Origin: an uncultured delta proteobacterium
Lineage (GTDB): Bacteria; Myxococcota_A; Polyangia; Fen-1088
Direction: 5' to 3'
Length of the DNA stretch: 64,000 nt
Assembly (NCBI GenBank): GCA_963767925.1
Contig: CAVYGB010000010.1
Span: 672,001-736,000 of the forward strand
Part shown: piece after piece, positions 32,549-43,701 of the stretch
Layout of the letters: every line of letters begins with the position of its first letter
Numbering within the stretch: the stretch's first letter is position 1
Position numbers and translations under genes: made by a program
Notes under the pieces: model-generated
Seen by the model: the letters and a program-made list of their open reading frames with translations, nothing else
Database searches by the model: none
What the model was told of the DNA's origin: nothing

Positions 32549-33926
32549 ATGAAAAATCCGCTGCTGGTCCCCGAGTTGCGCGACATGCTGGCTGCCCACC
32601 GGGAGGACGAGCTCCGGGACTTCTGCTCGTTCACCCCGCCCGACGTGACCGCCGAGTTCCTGGGGGCCCTCAACGTCGACGAGCAACGCGAGATCCTGCA
32701 CCTCCTGGACCCCGAGGTCCGGTCGCAGGTGTTCGGGCACTTCGACGACGAGGCCAAGCTGCCCATCCTCGAGTCGCTCCAGGAGGACGAGGCGGTGGCG
32801 CTCATCAGCATGATGCCGCCCGATGTGCGGGAGAACTTCCTCGAGCGGGTCCCCGCCAATCAGCACGAGCGCCTGCGGGCCATCTTGCTGCGGGCCCGGC
32901 GCAGCGCCACCGCCCCTCTGCTCGACGCCCTGGCGGCCAGCGCCCAGCCCGAGGTGCTCACGGCCGAGGAGATCGCCGCCGAGGTCAACCAGCACCTGGA
33001 GATCTACCGCTGCACGAGCGGCCGCATGGAGCGGGTGCGCAAGCCCGAGCGGGGCTGCTGGCTGCGCATCGTGGGCCCCACCAAGGACAACCTGCCGCTC
33101 ATCGCCGACCACTTCAAGATTCCGATCGACTTCCTCACCGCCTCGCTCGACGTCGACGAGACCGCCCGCATCGAGGTGGACGACCACGGCACGCTGTTCA
33201 TCGTGAAGATCCCCTACTTCGACGAGAAGAACGTCGACGTCCTCTACTTCACCATCCCGGTGGGGATCATCCTCGTCGACGGCATGATCCTCACGGTCTG
33301 CACGCGCGAGGCGGACATCCTCAAGGACTTCGCCGACAACAAGGTCCGCAACATCGGGGACGGCCACCGCTTCATCCTGCAGTTCATGTTGCGGGCCACC
33401 CTGCGCTACCTGGCCTACCTCAAGCAGCTCAACAACGCGGCCAACATCATCCAGAAGAAGCTCGAGCAGGAGTCGCGCAACCGTCAGCTCATCAAGCTGT
33501 TCAACATCGAAAAGAGCCTCGTCTACTTCACGACGTCGCTGAAGAGCAACATGCTCATGCTCGAGCGGCTGCGACGCATGCGGCTCATCGAGATGAACGA
33601 CACCAACGAGAACCTGCTGGAGGACATCCTCACCGAGGGCAAGCAGGCGATCGAGATGGCCAACATCTACAGCGACATCTTGAGCGGCATGATGGACGCT
33701 TTCGCCTCGGTCATCTCGAACAACCTCAACATCGTGATGCGGCTGCTGACGTCGATCACGATCATCCTCACGATCCCGATCTTGCTGGCCAGCTTCTACG
33801 GGATGAACGTCAAGTTACCGATGGCGGGGAGCCCCTACGCCTTCCTCGATCATCGTGGTGCTCTCCCTCCTCATGTGCCTGCTGGCCGTCATGTACTTCG
33901 TCAAACGCCGCTGGCTAGAACCCTGA
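32549..33926 (+). CDS. CorA-family Mg2+ transporter with N-terminal MgtE-like domain (frameshift near 33848)
   Basis: YGMN signature and SVISNNLNIVMRLLT; the last TM continues in the shifted frame (IIVVLSLLMCLLAVMYFVKRRWLEP*); the N-terminal ~105 aa resemble the MgtE cytosolic N domain. Confidence 0.88.
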
Positions 33927-33970
33927 CCGCCTGGTCCTCTCCGCGGCGTCGGCTTGCGGAAGGCGGGGCC

Positions 33971-34011
33971 GGGAGGGGAGATCCTCTTTCGGGGCGCGAC
34001 ATCGGCCGCTT
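33971..34011 (+). repeat. Copy of local REP-like repeat GATCCTCTTTCGGGG
   Basis: GATCCTCTTTCGGGGCGCGACATCGGCCGCTT matches the reverse complement of 38570-38601 with 1 mismatch. Confidence 0.8.
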
Positions 34012-34052
34012 GGCGCTCGCTTAGCGCTGAGCCAGTCGACGGCTAGTCCACG

Positions 34053-34219
34053 GCTAGTCCCCTGGAACGGTGATTTCTTGCATATCTCGCCGGTCCTCTT
34101 CGTCCCTGGCTGCGTTGCTCGTCGGTTAAATACGCCAGGTATTCGCCCTCCTCGCGCCTTGCCAGGAACGAAGATGCCTCGCCGACATATGCAAGCCTTC
34201 ACCGTTCCAGGGGACTAGC
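34053..34219. mobile_element. REPIN/MITE-like element (~167 bp, ~58-bp imperfect inverted arms)
   Basis: GCTAGTCCCCTGGAACGGTGA...TCACCGTTCCAGGGGACTAGC is a 21-bp perfect inverted repeat, and pairing continues (TTGCATAT, TCTTCGT.CCTGGC); CTAG at both ends. Confidence 0.75.
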
Positions 34220-34279
34220 GGATCGGCGAGAGGCCCCCTCGTGCGTCCTCCAGTGCCGTCGACGCGCCCGCCACCCGCC

Positions 34280-34984
34280 TCAGCCAGGTCGAACGCCAGC
34301 AGCCACGGCGCCCGCCGCCGAAGGCGCCTCGTCCGGGTCGATGAGCCCGCGGCGGCGCCAGCCCACGCAGCCGAGCCACGTCCGCGGCCTCGACGTGACT
34401 GGCGGGTCCACCGGCGCCGCCATCGCGACCCGAAAGCCATCGAACCAGGGGGCGGACGAGCAGGGATCGATCCGCCCCCGCTCGCGCAGCCCGTGTTTTT
34501 TGTGGTTCATGAGTACATAAACCAGAGCGTTGCGCACCTCCCTCGGCGTCGCCAGCGCCCGGGCATGGTAGCGATCCCCCCAGACCTGCCCGACCCGCCC
34601 CAGCTCCCGGTTGAGGGCGCGCGCGCTCCGGATCGCCAACCCCCGCGCTCCCCCGGACAGCGCCACCTTGTCCTGCGCCTCCACGAGGAGGTGGACGTGA
34701 TCCACCTGAACCGAGAACTGCACCACCCGGAACCCCGTCGAGCTGGCCGCCCGCAAGCACTCCCGCAATACCCCGAACACCCGCTTGCTCCGCAACGACG
34801 CCAGGCCCGCCCGGGCCCGCAGGGTCATGTGCACCGGATGCGCCCCCTTGTGCTCGGTCAGAGCCCGATGGGGCGCCGGCCGCCGCCGTCCCGGAATCGG
34901 AGGCCGCCCAGCGCCCTTCCGCCGCCCACCCCACCCCGATGTCCGGGGCAAAGCGAGCTGAGCACAGGTCTTCCGCATCCCCAT
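34280..34984 (-). CDS. RAYT-like Y1 HUH tyrosine transposase
   Basis: PVHMTLR, FSVQVDHVHLLVEA (HUH), VWGDRYHAR and YVLMN (catalytic Tyr); N-terminal WGGRRKGAGRP. Confidence 0.85.
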   Translation of the reverse strand: MGMRKTCAQLALPRTSGWGGRRKGAGRPPIPGRRRPAPHRALTEHKGAHPVHMTLRARAGLASLRSKRVFGVLRECLRAASSTGFRVVQFSVQVDHVHLLVEAQDKVALSGGARGLAIRSARALNRELGRVGQVWGDRYHARALATPREVRNALVYVLMNHKKHGLRERGRIDPCSSAPWFDGFRVAMAAPVDPPVTSRPRTWLGCVGWRRRGLIDPDEAPSAAGAVAAGVRPG

Positions 34985-34998
34985 ATGAATAGGGCTAA

Positions 34999-35004
34999 AT
35001 TATA
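34999..35004 (-). promoter_or_regulatory. Sigma70 -10 box for the transposase
   Basis: Perfect TATAAT in an AT-rich patch 15 nt upstream of the ATG at 34984. Confidence 0.5.
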
Positions 35005-35273
35005 TGCTCACGGTCCATAACTCAAGACTCGTTGTGTAATTTCTTGGAGCCGCAGCCTATGGATGCGTGGGACCTGGGAGAAGCGCGAGCGATGGCGATT
35101 TGAGACAGCTGGCGGCGCAGAGCGGGCACCGGCGATTCGTCCCACAGCAAGCGGATGCCCTCGGTGATGCGCAGGACTCGTTGTGCCCGTGGCAGCAGGT
35201 CGGTGGCCTGCGGAGGGCGCGGGGGAAGCGCCGGAGAGACGGCGGACTGCCGAGGTTGTGGGTAGCGCCGGAA

Positions 35274-35364
35274 GGCTGTGGAAAGTGCCGGGGCTATGGA
35301 CAGCAGACTGCCCACAGCCCCTTGGACAAACCCGCAGACGGGTTTGCCCACACTTTCCACAGCC
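35274..35364. other. Structured element (three-way junction)
   Basis: Outer stem GGCTGTGGAAAGTG/CACTTTCCACAGCC (14 bp, perfect) encloses two hairpins: GGGCTATGGACAG..CTGCCCACAGCCC and CAAACCCG-CAGA-CGGGTTTG. Confidence 0.7.
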
Positions 35365-35400
35365 ACTGCTGCTGATTTTTTTCCTTTCTGGCGGAGCGAT

Positions 35401-35482
35401 GAGCTGAGCTGAGCTGAGCTGAGCTGAGCTGAGCTGAGCTGAGCTGAGCTGAGCTGAGCTGAGCTGAGCTGAGCTGAGCTGA
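35401..35482. repeat. (GAGCT)16 perfect pentanucleotide microsatellite
   Basis: Direct count: 16 units at 35401-35480 plus GA. Confidence 0.98.
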
Positions 35483-35801
35483 CACACTCAGACCCGGAAG
35501 CGAGTTCCTGGCCCAGCTCTCCAACCTGGCTGAAGTACCCGATGCTGATGCCGCGATCGAGCGAGATGATCGAGCCTCGAACCACACCGGCCTGCTCGTC
35601 ATGGCGGCGGGAGCAGATTCGCCCGGCCAACCGAACCGAGCGCGCCCAGGGAGCAGCCTCCGGAGCAGGCGCAGGGTCGCCCAATGGACAGATTGGGGGC
35701 GCTCAGCGCTCGTGGGGGGGGGCGTTCGGTTCCGGGACGGGGGGTCCCATGGGCGGACAAATGGGGGGGCGAAGGTGACGGCGGGGCGGGGGGGTGCGGG
35801 G

Positions 35802-35817
35802 TGGCACGTCCCTGGCA
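35802..35817 (+). promoter_or_regulatory. Putative sigma54 promoter
   Basis: TGGCAC-GTCCC-TGGCA; the -12 C lies 16 nt before the TTG at 35832. Confidence 0.45.
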
Positions 35818-35831
35818 CGATAGGGGGCACC

Positions 35832-38243
35832 TTGTGGCAGGACGTGAAGCTCGGTTTGAGGATGCTGCGCGGCCGGCCGGGGTTCACGGTGGTGGCGGGG
35901 TTGACGCTGGCGATCGGGATCGGGGCCTGCGTGGCGATCTTCTCGGTTGTCGAGGCGGTCTTGCTGCGGCCGCTCCCCTATGCGGAGTCGGAGCGGCTGG
36001 TGGTGCTCGAGGAGATCAACCTGCCTCGGTTTTCCGGGGGCTTCGTGCGCCCGGGCACCTACGACCTCTGGCGCCGCCAGGCGACGGGCTTCGAGGGGCT
36101 CGCGGCCGTGCGGACCCGATCGTACAACGTCACCGGCTCGGGTGAGCCGCTCCGGGTGTCGGGGGCCCGGGTCACCGCCAACACCCTGTCGTTGTTGCGG
36201 GTGCAGCCGACGCTGGGACGCGACTTCACGCCGGAGGAGGAGGTCGCCGGCCGCGGCAACAGCGTCATCCTGAGCCACGGGTTCTGGGTGCGACAGCTCG
36301 GCGGCCGGCCTCAGACGCTTCATTCGCTGATCCAGCTCGACGGCGAGACTTTCACGGTCGTCGGGATCCTGCCGGCCGGGTTCCAGATCGGCGGCGGCGC
36401 CGACATCCTCTTGCCGGCCGCCTACCTGGACGATCCCCAGATCCGGCGTTCGGTTGGCCCGAACGCGCTGGTGGTGTTCGGCCGCTTGAAGGCGGGTGTG
36501 GCTGTCGAGCAGGCGCGCCGGGAGATGGACCTGATCGCGGCCCGGCTGGCGACGGTGGACAGCGGCAGGAAGGGCTGGGGCGTGAGGCTCACGACCCTGC
36601 TCGAGTCCCGGGTCGGCGATGCGCGCCAGGTGCTCACCTCCCTGCTGGCGGCGGTGGGGTTCTTGTTCCTGCTCGCCTGCGCCAACGTAACCAACCTGCT
36701 GCTCGCCCGGGCCACCGCCCGTGGCAAGGAGATTGCCCTCCGGGCCGCGCTCGGCGCGAGCCGCGGGCGCATCGTCCGCCAGCTCCTGACGGAGAGTGTC
36801 CTGCTCGCCCTCCTGGCCAGCGGGCTAGGGGTGGTATTCGCGCAGGTTGGCCTCGATGCCATCGCCGGGTTCGCGGCCGACAGCATCCCGCGCGCGCAGG
36901 AGGTCGGGGTGAACGGCAAGGCGCTCGCCCTGGCCTGCGCGCTGGCGCTGCTCACGGGGGTGGGGTTCGGGCTGGTGCCCGCGCTGGGCAGCGTCCGGCT
37001 CGATCTGCACCAGGCGCTCAAGGCCGGGCGCGGGGCCGGCGACGGGAGACGGGGGCACCGGCTGCGGGGCGCGCTGGTGGTGGCCCAGGTCGCGATCGCG
37101 CTGGTCCTGCTGGTGGGCGCCGGACTGCTCGCCCGCAGCTTCGCCCGCTTGCAGGAGGTCGATCGCGGCTTTCGCCCGGAGGGCGCCTTCACCTTCACGC
37201 TGGCGCTCTCCCCGGAGAAATACGGCGTCGGCACCGACCCGCGCATCGCCGCCTTCGCCGAGCAGGCCACGCTGCGCATCGCCGCCCTCCCTGGCGTCCA
37301 GGCGGCGGGCGCCTCACAGGCCCTCCCCTTCTCCGTCGACATGAACCTGGGCTTCTTCGAGATCGCCGGGCGACCCGTCGCTGGCGAGCCGCCCACCATG
37401 TACGTCTTCGAGTGCACACCCGGCTATTTCGCGGCCATGGGGATCCGCCTCCTGCGCGGCCGGCTGTTCGACCGGGGCGATGACGCCAGCCGCCCTAAGG
37501 TGGCGATCATCAACGAGTCGATGGCCCGGAACCATTTCCCGGGTGAAGACCCGATCGGAAAGGGCATCGGCCCCCCCGGTCACCTGGACCAGGGCGGTGT
37601 CATCGTGGGCGTCGTCGCCGATGTGCGCGACGGCCGGATCGCCGGCTACACCGGTCGAGCGCCCAACCAGGTCTACGTGCCCCTGGCCCAGAACCCGTAT
37701 GACGTCCTGACGTTCGTTGTGCGAGAGCGCGCCAGCGGGCAGGCCGCGCTGCCCGCTGCCCTGCGCGCGGCCATTCACGAGGTCGATCCAGGCCAGCCCA
37801 TCGGCCCCCTGCGGCCCCTGGCGGACTGGGTCGCCGACTCGATCGCCCGCCAGCGCCTGGCGACCCTGCTGTTCACCCTGTTCTCGGTGGCCGCCCTGCT
37901 GCTCGCCTCGCTGGGAATCTACGGCGTGATGGCCTACCTGGTCGCCCAGCGCACCCGGGAGATCGGCATCCGCATCGCGCTCGGCGCCCGGACCAGCAAC
38001 GTGCTGGCCATGATCCTCCGGCAGGGTGGCCTCCTTGTCGCGATCGGCCTCCTCGCCGGCCTTGCCGGAACCCTGATCGTCACGCGCCTCATCTCATCAC
38101 TCCTCTTCGCCGTCAGCCCCCACGATCCCCCGACCCTCGCAGGCACCGCCGCCCTCCTCACCCTGACAGCCACCCTGGCCTGCCTCCTCCCCGCCCGCCG
38201 CGCCTACCAGGTCGATCCGACAACAGCCCTGCAAGCCGACTGA
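35832..38243 (+). CDS. ADOP-type duplicated MacB/FtsX ABC permease (orphan)
   Basis: LWQDVKLGLRML..PGF, LACANVTNLLLAR, EIALRAALGASRGRIVRQLLTES, QRTREIGIRIALGA and PARRA..VDP. Start uncertain (ORF open to 35601). Confidence 0.93.
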   Translation: MWQDVKLGLRMLRGRPGFTVVAGLTLAIGIGACVAIFSVVEAVLLRPLPYAESERLVVLEEINLPRFSGGFVRPGTYDLWRRQATGFEGLAAVRTRSYNVTGSGEPLRVSGARVTANTLSLLRVQPTLGRDFTPEEEVAGRGNSVILSHGFWVRQLGGRPQTLHSLIQLDGETFTVVGILPAGFQIGGGADILLPAAYLDDPQIRRSVGPNALVVFGRLKAGVAVEQARREMDLIAARLATVDSGRKGWGVRLTTLLESRVGDARQVLTSLLAAVGFLFLLACANVTNLLLARATARGKEIALRAALGASRGRIVRQLLTESVLLALLASGLGVVFAQVGLDAIAGFAADSIPRAQEVGVNGKALALACALALLTGVGFGLVPALGSVRLDLHQALKAGRGAGDGRRGHRLRGALVVAQVAIALVLLVGAGLLARSFARLQEVDRGFRPEGAFTFTLALSPEKYGVGTDPRIAAFAEQATLRIAALPGVQAAGASQALPFSVDMNLGFFEIAGRPVAGEPPTMYVFECTPGYFAAMGIRLLRGRLFDRGDDASRPKVAIINESMARNHFPGEDPIGKGIGPPGHLDQGGVIVGVVADVRDGRIAGYTGRAPNQVYVPLAQNPYDVLTFVVRERASGQAALPAALRAAIHEVDPGQPIGPLRPLADWVADSIARQRLATLLFTLFSVAALLLASLGIYGVMAYLVAQRTREIGIRIALGARTSNVLAMILRQGGLLVAIGLLAGLAGTLIVTRLISSLLFAVSPHDPPTLAGTAALLTLTATLACLLPARRAYQVDPTTALQAD

Positions 38244-38405
38244 CCACCAGGAGATCGAACCGCTTCAAACCGTAGCTGCGAAAGTCGCGGCGTTCAGGCA
38301 GCCACGCCGTCGAGCCGGAGCGCGAGTGCAGGCCCTCCCGGTGGCCAGCACTTCAAGATCGCAGCCAGGCACCGCCGTCGAGGCGGAGAGAGTGCAGGCC
38401 CCCCC

Positions 38406-38620
38406 GGCGGGGGAGGGAGGGAGGGATCCTCTTTCGGGGGGCGTACAGGCCTGCTCGCCGTCTGCGGCGACGCCAAGGCCGGTCCGAGGCCGCAGCGCCG
38501 CCCGCGAGCAAGCTGCCGCCCGCTCCCCCCTCCCCTCCGTCCACCCCGCCGGCCCGCCCATGGAGCGGTAAGCGGCCGATGTCGCACCCCGAAAGAGGAT
38601 CCCTCCCTCCCTCCCCCGCC
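38406..38620. repeat. Inverted REP-like doublet (34-bp perfect arms)
   Basis: GGCGGGGGAGGGAGGGAGGGATCCTCTTTCGGGG at 38406-38439 and its exact reverse complement at 38587-38620. Confidence 0.85.
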
Positions 38621-38624
38621 CCCC

Positions 38625-38706
38625 GCCGTAACGAACAGAGCCGCCCCATCCGCGCCGGCGTTCTGCCCCCCCGGCCGTAACGAACAGAGCCGCCCCCACC
38701 CGCGCC
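38625..38706 (+). repeat. Direct repeat GCCGTAACGAACAGAGCCGCCCC x2
   Basis: Copies at about 38625 and 38674. Confidence 0.8.
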
Positions 38707-38773
38707 GTTACCCCTCACCCGCCTGATCTGCTCCGCGCAGCCTTCTTCGAACAAGGCGGCGGCGGAAATGGAA

Positions 38774-38843
38774 GCGCCCCTGAAACGGCAACGACGTCGA
38801 TCCAGATCGACCTGGATCGGCGGCGTTGCTGTCTCAGGGGCGC
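38774..38843. terminator. Long hairpin (32-bp stem) between the convergent permease and nrdJ genes
   Basis: GCGCCCCTGAAACGGCAACGACGTCGATCCAG-ATCGAC-CTGGATCGGCGGCGTTGCTGTCTCAGGGGCGC, with 2 GU pairs and 2 mismatches. Confidence 0.65.
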
Positions 38844-38897
38844 AGGGCCCGTGCCGCGGGCACCGCCCTCAGGCGGTGCGCGCGGCGGCCGGGCGGG

Positions 38898-41922
<3,025 letters not shown>

Positions 41923-42365
41923 GGGCCTCTCCCTCCAGCGCTTGCCGTCTGATGAATCGAAGAAACGAAAAACCGAAATCAAAAAAAGATGCGAAGCGGC
42001 GATCGGCCTCGGAGTGGATCCGCGATCACCGCGCGACCGGCACGACCCCTCGGGAAGCGCCCGTCAGCTCCTTGCAAACCTGCAACACCTGCCCTGACAT
42101 GCCCGACGTCCTCGACGTGGTCGCCGTGGTCCACAGAAGCCGCCCGTTTTTTGCCCACGATGTCCGACATCTGGCACCCCATCTGGAAGCCCCCCTCTTG
42201 CTCCGTTGCACCATGTCCGGCTGCGCCGTCCGATCGTGTCCCCCGCCGCCGAGCAGCCCGTTTGGCCGACCTCGTCGTCCGGCCGGCTCCCGCCGAGCCC
42301 CGACTCCGAGCCGGGCATCGATTCCTTCGGAATACCCGCTGCTTGCCAACCGAATCTCGCCCACG

Positions 42366-42394
42366 AATGTCGGTCCTCTGGCCATGTCTGTCAA
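42366..42394 (-). promoter_or_regulatory. Putative sigma70 promoter for nrdJ
   Basis: TTGACA-17 nt-GACATT on the minus strand. Confidence 0.45.
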
Positions 42395-42400
42395 CGAAAA

Positions 42401-42448
42401 ACACTATCCGTAGTGATCCCATGGTGACAGACACACAACCCCTTGTGG
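42401..42448. promoter_or_regulatory. Tandem NrdR boxes
   Basis: ACACTATCCGTAGTGA (42401) and ACACAACCCCTTGTGG (42433) start 32 bp apart upstream of nrdJ; they fit the acaCwAtATaTwGtgt arms and the known spacing. Confidence 0.7.
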
Positions 42449-42459
42449 TGTCGACAGCC

Positions 42460-42524
42460 TGTGGACAGCCGGAGAAAAACCCCGTCCCGACAACGGCTTG
42501 CGGTAATCCACAGGCTGTGGAGAA
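42460..42524. promoter_or_regulatory. DnaA-box-like cluster
   Basis: TGTGGACAG (42460), TAATCCACA (42504) and TGTGGAGAA (42516), each 1-2 mismatches from TTATCCACA. Confidence 0.45.
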
Positions 42525-42909
42525 CGAGTCGTGCCATTACATTACATCACGTGAGGGGCGGCGGCCAGGCGCCTTTCGGGCGGCATTTTGCCTCCTGGGA
42601 GCCCCTCACCATAACCTGAACATAGTTTCAGTCAACCGGTCCGGCCAGGGGTGAAAGCGCGATCCCCTCACGTCCCTCCCGACGCCAGCCGATGACTAAA
42701 ACCGTAAGCAGGCGGACACCCCGCCTGGGACAAAAACTCTGGAGGCTGCATGAATCCCGACCTCGTGTCCCTGACCCCGGCGGTGGTTGTCGCCCTGGCC
42801 GGCATGGTGGCTGCTGCCCTGGCCGCCCGGCGGATGCAACCGGCCCGCGTGAAGGCGAGCCGCGGCCGCGATCGCCGCTGACGATCCGGTCCGCCCGCGA
42901 AGGAGGAAC

Positions 42910-43701
42910 ATGTCGTCCGTCGCGCTTTCGGGGATCGCGCTCGCCCGGGCGAGCCAGCCCGTGCTCGATCACGTGACCGTGTCGCTCGAGGCCGGCGAGC
43001 TGGTCCTGCTGACCGGCAGCCGGGGCGCCGGCAAGTCCTCCCTGCTGGCCATCGCCGCCGGCCTGCTCCGCCCCGACGACGGCCAGGTGGTCATCGCCGG
43101 GCGGAGCATCTTGACCCTGCAGAGCGCCTCCCTGCCCTACCTGCGCCGGAACATCGGCTATCTGCCGCCCGAGCCTCCCTTCTTGGAGGAGGAGAGCACC
43201 CTCGAGAACCTCATGCTGGCGCTGGCCGTGCGGGGGGTGGACCCGGTGCAGGCCGAGGGCCACGCCCGGGCCGTGCTCGAGGAGCTCGGCCTCACGGAAC
43301 AGAGCCATCGGCTGGTGGCCGACCTCTCGGCCCCCGAGCGGCGCCTGTGCGGGCTGGCCCGGGCCCTGTGTGGACCGCCGCCCGTGGTGGTGCTCGATGA
43401 TCCCAGCGCCGGGCTCGACGCCAACGACCGGGCTCGCATCGCCGAGGCGGTGCTGCGGGTGGTGGGCCAGGGCAGCGCCGTGTTGTGCGCGAGCAGCGAT
43501 CCCTTCCTGGTGGCCGCCCTGGCGGCGCCGGGCGCGCGCGTGCTCGAGCTGGCCGGTGGCCGCATCGTCGGCGGGGCGCCGGCCATCCGCCTGGTCGAGC
43601 GGGCCGACCGGGCCGACCCCATCGACACCGTCGAGACGACGGACATCACGCCGAGCGCCGATCTGTTCCCGGCTCGCGGCGGAAGCCGCGAGGCTTCGTG
43701 A
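42910..43701 (+). CDS. ftsE: FtsE-like ATP-binding protein (degenerate motifs)
   Basis: AAGGAGG RBS; GSRGAGKS and LPYLRRNIG; synteny with ftsX-envC-ctpA. Confidence 0.75.
   Translation: MSSVALSGIALARASQPVLDHVTVSLEAGELVLLTGSRGAGKSSLLAIAAGLLRPDDGQVVIAGRSILTLQSASLPYLRRNIGYLPPEPPFLEEESTLENLMLALAVRGVDPVQAEGHARAVLEELGLTEQSHRLVADLSAPERRLCGLARALCGPPPVVVLDDPSAGLDANDRARIAEAVLRVVGQGSAVLCASSDPFLVAALAAPGARVLELAGGRIVGGAPAIRLVERADRADPIDTVETTDITPSADLFPARGGSREAS

Noticed and set aside
35401..35482. CRISPR array, or the SSAQL-repeat proteins in ORFs crossing the tract
   Set aside because: There are no spacers or cas genes, and the ORFs are just translations of the microsatellite.
41923..42360. Cobalamin riboswitch upstream of nrdJ
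   Set aside because: No B12-box or conserved core recognised by eye.
42400..42640. Replication origin oriC
   Set aside because: Only three imperfect DnaA boxes, no clear AT-rich unwinding element and no dnaA/dnaN/gidA nearby.
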